From: Caulobacteraceae bacterium
GTDB taxonomy: Bacteria; Pseudomonadota; Alphaproteobacteria; Caulobacterales; Caulobacteraceae
Assembly: GCA_035504785.1 (NCBI GenBank)
Contig: DATJRL010000023.1
Coordinates: forward strand, 1-34,466
Direction of reading: 5' to 3'
DNA: 34,466 nt
The position numbers were made by a program, and so were the translations under genes. Under the pieces are notes generated by a model. The model worked only from the letters and a program-made list of their open reading frames with translations, made no database searches and was not told where the DNA came from. Positions 18,007 through 25,953 of this stretch are shown piece by piece (position 1 is the stretch's first letter; each line of letters opens with the position of its first letter).

Positions 18007-18809
18007 ATACCCTCGCGCCCGAGACCTTTGACGTATCCGTCGCCCGCATCGACGCGCCGACGAAGCTCGAAGCCCAAGAGCTCGACTTCTATTACGGCAA
18101 GAACCACGCGCTGAAGGGGGTCTCGATCCCGTTCGCGGAGAAATCCGTGACGGCCCTGATCGGCCCGTCGGGCTGTGGCAAGTCCACTTTGCTGCGAACG
18201 CTCAACCGGATGTACGCGCTCTATCCGGGGCAGCGGGCGACGGGAAAGATCCTGCTCGACGGCGAGGACATCCTGCGCCCCGGCGTCAACCTCTCCATGC
18301 TGCGCGCGCGCATCGGCATGGTGTTCCAAAAGCCCACCCCGTTCCCGATGTCGATCTACGACAACGTGGCCTTCGGCGTTCGCCTCTACGAGACGCTGTC
18401 CAAAGGCGAGATGGACCACCGCGTCGAAGAGTCCCTGCGCCGCGCGGCGCTTTGGGACGAGGTGGAGGACAAGATTCACGCGTCGGGCCTCAGCCTCTCC
18501 GGCGGCCAACAGCAGCGGCTGTGCGTGGCGCGCGGCATCGCGGTGAAGCCCGAGGTGTTGCTGCTCGACGAGCCGACCTCGGCCCTCGACCCGATCTCCA
18601 GCGCCAAGCTCGAGGAGACGGTGACGCAGCTGAAGACCGACTACACGATCGTCATCGTCACCCACAATCTGGGACAGGCGGCGCGGGTGAGCGACTACAC
18701 GGGCTTCATGTACCTCGGCGAGCTGGTGGAGTTCGGCGAGACGGCGACCATGTTCACGCGCCCGGCCACCAAGCGGGCCAGCGACTACATCACGGGCCGT
18801 TTCGGGTAG
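18003..18809 (+). CDS. pstB: Phosphate ABC transporter ATPase
   Basis: Walker [36 protein letters not shown] and YITGRFG. Confidence 0.97.
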   Translation: MNTLAPETFDVSVARIDAPTKLEAQELDFYYGKNHALKGVSIPFAEKSVTALIGPSGCGKSTLLRTLNRMYALYPGQRATGKILLDGEDILRPGVNLSMLRARIGMVFQKPTPFPMSIYDNVAFGVRLYETLSKGEMDHRVEESLRRAALWDEVEDKIHASGLSLSGGQQQRLCVARGIAVKPEVLLLDEPTSALDPISSAKLEETVTQLKTDYTIVIVTHNLGQAARVSDYTGFMYLGELVEFGETATMFTRPATKRASDYITGRFG

Positions 18810-18818
18810 GAGGCCGGC

Positions 18819-19532
18819 ATGCCGACAGAAGAGACTTCGCGCGGCGAACACACGATCCGCGCTTACGACGAGGAGTTGGACTCGCTCACCGCCGAGTTGT
18901 CGCGCATGGGCGGCCTGGCCGAGGCGGAGGTGGTCGACGCGATCCGAGCTATCGGCCGCCGCGACGTGGCGCTGGCCCAGGCGGTGATCGGCCGCGACGC
19001 GCGCCTGGACGAGATCGAAGTCGACATCGAGCGTCGGGCCGTGCGGTTGATCGCGCTGCGCCAGCCCGTGGCCGACGACCTGCGCCGGACGCTGTCGTCG
19101 CTCAAGATCAGCATGAACCTCGAGCGCTGCGGCGACCTGGCGAAGAACATCGCCAAGCGCGCTCTGGTGATCGCCGAGGCCGACCCGAACACGCCCCTCA
19201 CCCGCTCCATCGAGCGGATGGGCGAACTGGTGGCGTCACGACTGAAGGACGTGCTCGACGCCTACGCTGCGCGCGACGACGAGCGCGCTCAGGCGGTCTG
19301 GCGGCGGGACCAGGAGATCGACGAGCACTACGACTCCACCTTTCGGGAGCTGCTGACCTACATGATGGCCGATCCCCGGATGATCACCTCCTGCGCGCAT
19401 CTGCTGTTCGTCGCCAAGAACCTCGAGCGGATCGGCGATCACGCCACCAACATCGCGGAGATCATCCACTACGAGGTCACCGGCGAGCAACTGCAGGACC
19501 AGCGTCCCAAGCTCGATCCCCTAGAGCGCTAG
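18819..19532 (+). CDS. phoU: Phosphate signalling protein PhoU
   Basis: RQP.A.DLR, LERCGDLAKNIA and LERIGDHATNIAE repeats. AGGAGG RBS. Confidence 0.96.
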   Translation: MPTEETSRGEHTIRAYDEELDSLTAELSRMGGLAEAEVVDAIRAIGRRDVALAQAVIGRDARLDEIEVDIERRAVRLIALRQPVADDLRRTLSSLKISMNLERCGDLAKNIAKRALVIAEADPNTPLTRSIERMGELVASRLKDVLDAYAARDDERAQAVWRRDQEIDEHYDSTFRELLTYMMADPRMITSCAHLLFVAKNLERIGDHATNIAEIIHYEVTGEQLQDQRPKLDPLER

Positions 19533-19562
19533 GAACAGGCAGAGAAAGGGGCATCGGGTTCG

Positions 19563-20255
19563 GTGACATCGGTCCAGCCGCACATTCTGGTGGTCGAGGA
19601 TGAGGAAGCGCTCGCCACGCTCCTCCACTACAATCTCGACAAGGAGGGCTATCGCGTCGATCTCTGCGCCGATGGCGAAGAGGCGCTGATCCGCATCGAC
19701 GAGCGGCAGCCAGACCTGGTGATCCTCGACTGGATGCTGCCGACCGTCTCCGGCATCGAGGTCTGCCGGCGGCTGCGCCAGCGCTCCAGCACCCGCAACC
19801 TGCCGATCATCATGCTCACCGCCCGTGCCGAGGAGACCGACCGCGTGCGCGGCCTGGACACCGGCGCGGACGACTACATCGTCAAGCCCTTCCTGATGAC
19901 CGAGCTGTGCGCGCGGGTTCGCGCCGTGCTGCGGCGCATCCGGCCCGGTCTCGCCGAGGACCGCGTTCGCCACGGCGACATCGTCATCGACCGCTCGGCC
20001 CATCGCGTGAAGCGCGGCGGTCGCGACGTCCACCTGGGCCCGACCGAGTTCCGGCTGCTCGACTACTTCATGCAGCACCCGGGCCGCGTCTTCTCCCGCG
20101 AACAGCTGCTCAACGCCGTCTGGGGCTCGGACGTCTACGTGGAGACCCGCACCGTCGACGTGCATATCGGCCGCCTGCGACGCGCCCTGTCGATCGGAGA
20201 GACCCAGGACCCCATCCGCACCGTCCGCTCCGCCGGCTACGCGCTCGACGTCTAG
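19563..20255 (+). CDS. phoB: Phosphate regulon response regulator PhoB
   Basis: Receiver domain (VEDE, LDWMLP, GADDYIVKPF) and OmpR-type winged HTH (GPTEFRLL, RTVDVHIGRLR, TVRSAGY). Follows phoU. Confidence 0.96.
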   Translation: MTSVQPHILVVEDEEALATLLHYNLDKEGYRVDLCADGEEALIRIDERQPDLVILDWMLPTVSGIEVCRRLRQRSSTRNLPIIMLTARAEETDRVRGLDTGADDYIVKPFLMTELCARVRAVLRRIRPGLAEDRVRHGDIVIDRSAHRVKRGGRDVHLGPTEFRLLDYFMQHPGRVFSREQLLNAVWGSDVYVETRTVDVHIGRLRRALSIGETQDPIRTVRSAGYALDV

Positions 20256-20385
20256 GCCCGAGCGCCGCCGGAGGGCCCCGGACCGAATACCGATTCCGCC
20301 GAACGATCGGCACTCTCCAGTCCGGCGATGCTGCATTAAGCTCGCCGCCAGCGACGAGACGCTCGGTCGATCTTGGGAGGATGGC

Positions 20386-21756
20386 ATGGCGGACGGAACG
20401 CTGCCGATCGCAGCGCAATGGGACGCGGGCGAGATCCGGGCGCTGTTCGACGCCGAGAGCGGCTGGCTCGATCGCCGCGTCCACTCCGACGCGGCGCTTT
20501 ATCAATTGGAGCTGGAACGGATTTTCGCGCGCGGCTGGAACTTCATGTGCCACGAGTCCCAGCTGCCGAACGCCGGCGACTATTTCATCAATTACATCGG
20601 CGAGGACCAGGTCATCTGCGTCCGTGACGAAAACGGCCAGATCAACGTCCTCCTCAACACCTGCCGCCACCGCGGCAACGCGCTCTGCCGCGCCGAGCAG
20701 GGGCGCGCCAAATCGTTCGTGTGCAGCTATCACGGCTGGAACTACGGACTCGATGGACGGCTGATCGGCGTCCCCGGCCAGTCGACCTACTATCGCGGCG
20801 ATCTCGACAAGAGCCGGCTCGGGTTGGTGAAGGCGGCGAAGGTCGAGAGCTACCTCGGCTTCCATTTCGCCACGATGGCCAGCGACGCGCCGGCGCTGCA
20901 CGACTACCTGGGCGATGTCGGCCGCACCGGCCTCGGCATGGTCTGCGCGAATGGCGACATCGAGGTGGTGGACGGCATCCAGAAGAACGTCATGGACTGC
21001 AACTGGAAGATCGCCGTCGATAATCTCTTCGACTGGTACCACGTGCCCTACAGCCACGCCTCGGCCAACAGCGCAGGCTTCCTCGACGTCGCCGCCATCC
21101 TGCACCCCAACAACCAGATGGTGATGCTCGGGGACTATGGACAGGCGATCGGAGGGCCGGGCCTGTCGAAGGAGACGCAGGCCAAGATCGACGCGATGTC
21201 CGACGAGGAGCGGGAGGCCGCTTCGCGGGCCGCGCCGCCCAATACGCCGCGGGTTCGCCTGCGAAGAGCCAAGGCGCTCATGGGGCCGGAGGGCGTGCGC
21301 AGCATGGGTCACCCGAACCTCTTCCCCAACCTCTGGATCACGATGAGCGGGCTGCAGATGTGTCTGCGTCTCCCGCGCGGGCCCTCGAAGACCGAGCTGT
21401 GGTGGTTCACGCTCGTACCGAGGGACGCGCCGGCCCCACTCCGCCGGCGCATGATTTCGCAGGCCAATCACGTTTTCGGCCCCGCGGGCCTCCTGGAGCA
21501 GGATGACGGCGAGAACTGGAGCCAGAGCACGCGCGCCGCGGCCGGCTTCTCCAGCCGCAAGGTCGGAGCGGCTTTGCTGATGGGACTGGGTCGCGACGAG
21601 GTGCTGGTGGGGGAGAACGGCCAGACGTCCGTCGAGGGCTACGTCGGCGAGCACGCCCAGCGGTGGTTCTATCGCTCGTGGACGGAGTGGATGGCGGCGC
21701 GCGACTGGGCGGAGCTCGAGGCGACCCGCTCGCCGGTTCCGACGGGGGTGGTCTGA
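20386..21756 (+). CDS. Rieske aromatic ring-hydroxylating dioxygenase, alpha subunit (BphA1/HcaE-like)
   Basis: Rieske ligands CRHRG ... CSYHGW and mononuclear Fe site NWK....DWYH....H ... EQDDGENW. GGGAGG RBS. Confidence 0.93.
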   Translation: MADGTLPIAAQWDAGEIRALFDAESGWLDRRVHSDAALYQLELERIFARGWNFMCHESQLPNAGDYFINYIGEDQVICVRDENGQINVLLNTCRHRGNALCRAEQGRAKSFVCSYHGWNYGLDGRLIGVPGQSTYYRGDLDKSRLGLVKAAKVESYLGFHFATMASDAPALHDYLGDVGRTGLGMVCANGDIEVVDGIQKNVMDCNWKIAVDNLFDWYHVPYSHASANSAGFLDVAAILHPNNQMVMLGDYGQAIGGPGLSKETQAKIDAMSDEEREAASRAAPPNTPRVRLRRAKALMGPEGVRSMGHPNLFPNLWITMSGLQMCLRLPRGPSKTELWWFTLVPRDAPAPLRRRMISQANHVFGPAGLLEQDDGENWSQSTRAAAGFSSRKVGAALLMGLGRDEVLVGENGQTSVEGYVGEHAQRWFYRSWTEWMAARDWAELEATRSPVPTGVV

Positions 21757-22331
21757 TGGACGCCGTGGCTGAGAGCAGGCCGAGCGATAAGCCGCGGGTG
21801 GGCGCCGGGCTCTCCGCACAGGTTCTGCTGCAATACGAGATAGAGCAGTTCCTCTACGCCGAGGCGGCCTTGCTGGATGCGCGGCGCTACCGCGAGTGGT
21901 TGGGGCTGCTGGCCGACGACATCCATTACTGGATGCCGATCCGGCGCACGGTGACGCTCAGCGACCTCGACCTGGAGTTCACCAAGCCGGGCGGCATGGC
22001 CTATTTCGACGACGACCGCGCGCTGCTGGAGATGCGGGTCAAGAAGCTCGAGGCGGGTTCGGCCTGGTCGGAAGACCCCCCTTCCCGTTCGCGCCATTTC
22101 GTCTCCAACGTACGCGTCTTGGGCGTCGAGGCGGGCGCTCAGGGCGACGAAATCACGATCGAGGTCTGTTTCCACCTCTACCGCACGCGCCTCAACTCGG
22201 AGGTCGGGGGCTGGGTGGGGCGGCGGCTCGACGTGCTGCGGCGCGCCCGGGACGGGTTTCGGCTGGCGAAGCGCCACATCTTCCTCGACCAGACCGTGAT
22301 CCCCACCACCAACATGAGCACCCTGTTCTAG
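21756..22331 (+). CDS. Ring-hydroxylating dioxygenase beta subunit (BphA2/HcaF-like)
   Basis: TGATG coupling; IEQFLY.EA.LLD.R.Y.EW, YWMP, WSEDP.SR.RH.VSNV and G.R.DVLRR. Confidence 0.92.
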   Translation: MDAVAESRPSDKPRVGAGLSAQVLLQYEIEQFLYAEAALLDARRYREWLGLLADDIHYWMPIRRTVTLSDLDLEFTKPGGMAYFDDDRALLEMRVKKLEAGSAWSEDPPSRSRHFVSNVRVLGVEAGAQGDEITIEVCFHLYRTRLNSEVGGWVGRRLDVLRRARDGFRLAKRHIFLDQTVIPTTNMSTLF

Positions 22332-22343
22332 GGCGAGGGCGGG

Positions 22344-23204
22344 ATGGGCGCGCTCAACGACGAAGTGGTGTTGGTCACCGGCGGCGCGTCGGGCCTCGGC
22401 CGGGCGATCGTCGATCGATTCCTGGAGGAGGGCGCGAGGCTCGCCGTCCTGGACCGCACGCCGGATCGCCTGGCGGATCTGGCGGCCGCTGCACGCGACC
22501 GTCTGGCGGTCTTCGGCGGCGACGTCCGCGACATCGCCGACAACCAGCGCGCCATCGAGGCCTGCCTGGCCAGGTTCGGCAAGCTGGATTGCGCGATCGG
22601 CAACGCCGGCATCTGGGACTACTCGGTCTCGCTCGACGCCCTGCCGGCCGAGAAGATCGACGGCGCCTTCGACGAGATCTTCGACGTTAACGTCAAGGGC
22701 TGCCTCAACCTCGCCAAAGCGGCGCTGCCCGCTCTGGTCCGATCTTCCGGCGCCCTGATCTTCACCGTCTCCAACGCCGGGTTCGACCCCGCGGGCGGAG
22801 GGCCGCTCTACACCGCGTCCAAGCATGCGGTCGTAGGGCTCATCCGCCAGTTGGCCTACGAGCTGGCGCCGGCGGTGCGGGTGAATGGCGTCGCGCCCGG
22901 CCCGATCGACACCGATCTCAGGGGTCCTAGCGCGCTCGGGATGGCGGACCGCTCCATCGGCAGCGTCAATCTTTCCGCCGTCGCCGGGCCCAACATCCCG
23001 CTGGCTCGCGTTCCCGCCACAGCCGACTATGCCGGCGGCTACGTCTTCCTGGCGTCGCGGCGCGACAGCCGGCCGGCCACGGGCGGGGTGCTGAGCCTGG
23101 ACGCCGGGATCGCCGTCCGCGGCATCGGGCGGGTGTCGGCTGGCGCCAAGCTGGCGGCCAAATACGGAGCGGGCTCGGACCCCGCCAAGACGAGGACCCC
23201 ATGA
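22344..23204 (+). CDS. cis-dihydrodiol dehydrogenase (SDR; BphB/HcaB-like)
   Basis: TGGASGLG, NAGIWDY, NVKG, SNAG, YTASKHA and RVNGVAPG..TDLRGP, typical of dihydrodiol dehydrogenases. Confidence 0.92.
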   Translation: MGALNDEVVLVTGGASGLGRAIVDRFLEEGARLAVLDRTPDRLADLAAAARDRLAVFGGDVRDIADNQRAIEACLARFGKLDCAIGNAGIWDYSVSLDALPAEKIDGAFDEIFDVNVKGCLNLAKAALPALVRSSGALIFTVSNAGFDPAGGGPLYTASKHAVVGLIRQLAYELAPAVRVNGVAPGPIDTDLRGPSALGMADRSIGSVNLSAVAGPNIPLARVPATADYAGGYVFLASRRDSRPATGGVLSLDAGIAVRGIGRVSAGAKLAAKYGAGSDPAKTRTP

Positions 23205-24079
23205 GCATCGGATCGCTTGGCTATCTCGGATTCAAGGTCAAGGACGCAGGCGCCTGGGACGCCTTCGCCACCGGCGTTCTCGGGCTGATGCCCGGGGAGC
23301 CGGCCGGAGACGCCCGCCGATACCGGCTCGACGACCTGGCGTGGCGGATCGCGGTCGAACCGGGCGACGCCGACGACCTTGCCTACGTCGGCTTCGAGGT
23401 CGCAGGGCCCGCGGAGCTTGAGGCGGTCCGCAACCGCCTCTCCGAGGGCGGGGTTGCGGCCGGCAACGGCGATCCGGAGCTCATCGCCGAGCGAGGGGTG
23501 CTGGGCTTGATCACCTGTCGGGACCCGGATGGTCTGGCGATCGAGGTTTTTTACGGGCCGACGTTGCGGAGCGAGACGCCCTTCGATTCGCCCGCCGGGG
23601 TCCCTTCGTTCGTGACCGGCGACCAGGGCCTCGGCCACGTGGTGCTTTCCACCAAGGACGTGGCGGCGGCGCGGCGCTTCTACCAGGACATCCTGGGCTT
23701 TCGGCTGTCGGATATCATCAGGATGCGCATGGGGCCGCAGTCCAGCTTCGAGATGGAGTTCTTCCACTGCAATCCGCGCCACCACTCCCTGGCGCTGATT
23801 CCGATCCCGATGCCGAAGCGCCTGCACCACTTCATGGTCCAGGTCCCCACCCTGGACGCGGTTGGCTTCGCCCTCGAGCGCGCCACGGCCGCCCAGACGC
23901 CCATCACCGCCAGCCTCGGCCAGCACACCAACGACCGGATGGTCTCGTTCTACTCGCGCACGCCAGCCGGTTTCGAGGTGGAGTTCGGGCAGGGCGCGAT
24001 CGAGGTGGACGACGCGACCTGGCGGGTGAGCCGCCACGACAAGCCGAGCACGTGGGGCCACCAGCGCCCGAGCCTCTGA
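23201..24079 (+). CDS. bphC: Two-domain extradiol (meta-cleavage) dioxygenase, 2,3-dihydroxybiphenyl 1,2-dioxygenase-like
   Basis: ATGA overlap; LGYLG, GLGHVV (Fe ligand His), CNPRHHSLA, LHHFM (His), LGQHTND.M.SFY and FEVEFG (Glu). Confidence 0.88.
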   Translation: MSIGSLGYLGFKVKDAGAWDAFATGVLGLMPGEPAGDARRYRLDDLAWRIAVEPGDADDLAYVGFEVAGPAELEAVRNRLSEGGVAAGNGDPELIAERGVLGLITCRDPDGLAIEVFYGPTLRSETPFDSPAGVPSFVTGDQGLGHVVLSTKDVAAARRFYQDILGFRLSDIIRMRMGPQSSFEMEFFHCNPRHHSLALIPIPMPKRLHHFMVQVPTLDAVGFALERATAAQTPITASLGQHTNDRMVSFYSRTPAGFEVEFGQGAIEVDDATWRVSRHDKPSTWGHQRPSL

Positions 24080-24084
24080 AACGT

Positions 24085-24116
24085 GGACGCCGGGGCGCGC
24101 GCCTGGACCGGCGTCC
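24085..24116 (+). terminator. GC-rich hairpin after the dioxygenase operon
   Basis: GGACGCCGG ... CCGGCGTCC 9-bp stem about 5 nt after the stop, with no clear U-tract. Confidence 0.4.
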
Positions 24117-24227
24117 GCAAGAGGCGCTCGCCGCCCGGCTCGCCCAACTCAGCGACTACGACCTCGCCAGCCCGTTCGCCAGGCCAACGTCCGGCTTAAT
24201 CGGCCTCCGGGAGCAGATGTTCAACCG

Positions 24228-24461
24228 TCAGCGGGACGTCGGACGCGCGGTCGAGCGAGTCACCGCGACGGGGGTCTCCAACGTCGAGCGGAAGCCCGCC
24301 GCCTGGGTTCGACCCGCCTCGAGGCTGTGACCGTGCAGGGCCACCAACGGTCGCCGTCGCCGATCGCCAAGCAGGACGACGATCGAGGCGACGGCGCATC
24401 CCGGCGCGAACAAGCCGCCGACGCCGATCACCGCGGTTTGCAGCAGGCTGACGTGATCCAT
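24228..24461 (-). CDS. Hypothetical small membrane protein
   Basis: MDHVSLLQTAVIGVGGLFAPGCAVASIVVLL followed by GDRRRR (hydrophobic segment then basic cluster). No recognisable family. Confidence 0.35.
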   Translation of the reverse strand: MDHVSLLQTAVIGVGGLFAPGCAVASIVVLLGDRRRRPLVALHGHSLEAGRTQAAGFRSTLETPVAVTRSTARPTSR

Positions 24462-24748
24462 CAACCGCGGTCCGACGCGAGGCCCGGCGTTGCGACCGGC
24501 GCCCCGAGCCGCCGCCGGTGCGCCGAAAGTGCGCCAAGTCGCCGCATGTCGTCGCCTCCCGAAGCCATCCGTTCATGGTTAGGCATGTCGGGCGGCGCGC
24601 GAAACTCGTGTCTCCTCCCTAAGTACCATTCCGAGGGTCGGCCGCTAGGGAACGGGAGCCGACGGAAGCCGAAGCCCGCAAGCTCTCTCGGGCGCTGGAC
24701 GCAGCCAAGGCCGCGGAGCCGGCCAAGACCCGGTTTGGGCCGGCCACG

Positions 24749-25948
24749 TCAGGCTTGCCGGAAGAGGCCGTCGAAGGACTTGGCTTCACCGCTGCCGGGG
24801 AAGACGACGCGGTCGATGTGGGCCGGATCGGCGCCCAGGTGATCGCGCAGCGCCGCCTTCATCGCCGAGCGGAGATCGGACGTGGGCCTGAGGTCGCGGC
24901 CGGCGAAGAGGTTCGCCGGCTTGAGACCCGGCCAGTCCGCCAGAACCCGTCCGCCCGCCACCGCGCCGCCCAGCAGGAAGGCCGCGCTGGCCGTCCCGTG
25001 GTCGCTGCCGGCGGTGCCGTTCATCGCCACGGTGCGACCGAACTCGCTCATCACCAGCACGGCCGTTCGTGACCACAACGGGCCAAGGCCGACCGCCAGC
25101 GCGTCGAGGCCCTGGTCGAGCGCCATGAGGTTGCGCGTCAGAACGTTGTAGGGACCGACCTGGTTGGCGTGGGTGTCCCAGCCGGTCGAGTCGACCATCG
25201 CGACGCAGGGGCCGTTCGGCGCCGACAGGAACTTGGCCGCCGCGCTCATCAGGGTGACGAAGGCGTCCCCGCCCGCGCCGGGCGCGCCCATGCCGCCGGC
25301 CGCGCCATTGGCTTCCGCCGCCGCGCTGAGCGCGCCCGCCAGCCTGGGATCGGTGGCGGCGTAGAGCCGGCTCGCGCGGGCGACGAAGTCGGCGCTGGGG
25401 CCAGGCAGGACGGAGGGCGACCACGACGTCACCGGGGCCGGCCCGCGCAGCATCAGGGGCATGGCCGGCGCGAGCGCGATTCCCAGCTCCGGCCGTCCAG
25501 CCACGGACGAACCCGGCAGGCCGGCCAGCGCGCGGTTGAGCCAGCCGTCGGCCAGCCCGTAAGGCGTGGTCGAGCCGTTCTCCAGCAGGTTCTGGCCGTC
25601 GAAGTGCGAGCGATCGCGATACGGTGAAGCGATGGCGTGGAAGACGATGACCTCCTTGGCCGCGTAGCGGGCGGCGACGCGCTCGAGGGCCGGATTGAGT
25701 CCAAAGGTCGCATCGAGGGGCAGCGCGCCGCCCGCCGCGCCCGGACGGGCGATGGCGAGGCCGGTGCGGGCGCTCTCGTAATCCGGGTCGCCGAACGGCG
25801 GCGCCGCCGACAGGCCGTCCATGGCGCCGCGCAGCATGACCACGACCAGGCGTCGATCCGTCTCGGCGGCGGCGAAGGCGATGCGGGGCAGGCCGGCGAG
25901 CCCCGTGGCTGCGCCCGCGCCCAAAAGCCATTGTCTGCGATCGAGCAT
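24749..25948 (-). CDS. DUF1501 family protein with Tat signal
   Basis: MLDRRQWL twin-arginine signal; LRGAMDGL, RSHFDGQ, GWLNR, GWDTHANQ, SEFGRT...NG..GSDHG and GRDL.PT.DLR. GGAGG RBS. Confidence 0.9.
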   Translation of the reverse strand: MLDRRQWLLGAGAATGLAGLPRIAFAAAETDRRLVVVMLRGAMDGLSAAPPFGDPDYESARTGLAIARPGAAGGALPLDATFGLNPALERVAARYAAKEVIVFHAIASPYRDRSHFDGQNLLENGSTTPYGLADGWLNRALAGLPGSSVAGRPELGIALAPAMPLMLRGPAPVTSWSPSVLPGPSADFVARASRLYAATDPRLAGALSAAAEANGAAGGMGAPGAGGDAFVTLMSAAAKFLSAPNGPCVAMVDSTGWDTHANQVGPYNVLTRNLMALDQGLDALAVGLGPLWSRTAVLVMSEFGRTVAMNGTAGSDHGTASAAFLLGGAVAGGRVLADWPGLKPANLFAGRDLRPTSDLRSAMKAALRDHLGADPAHIDRVVFPGSGEAKSFDGLFRQA

Positions 25949-25953
25949 GGCGC

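Noticed and set aside
24649-24673. GGAAC-N16-CGAA ECF-like motif on the plus strand
   Set aside because: Imperfect -10 and it points antisense into DUF1501 with no downstream gene; likely chance.
20256-24750. Dioxygenase cluster as a mobile catabolic island
   Set aside because: No integrase, transposase, tRNA, flanking direct repeats or obvious GC shift seen.
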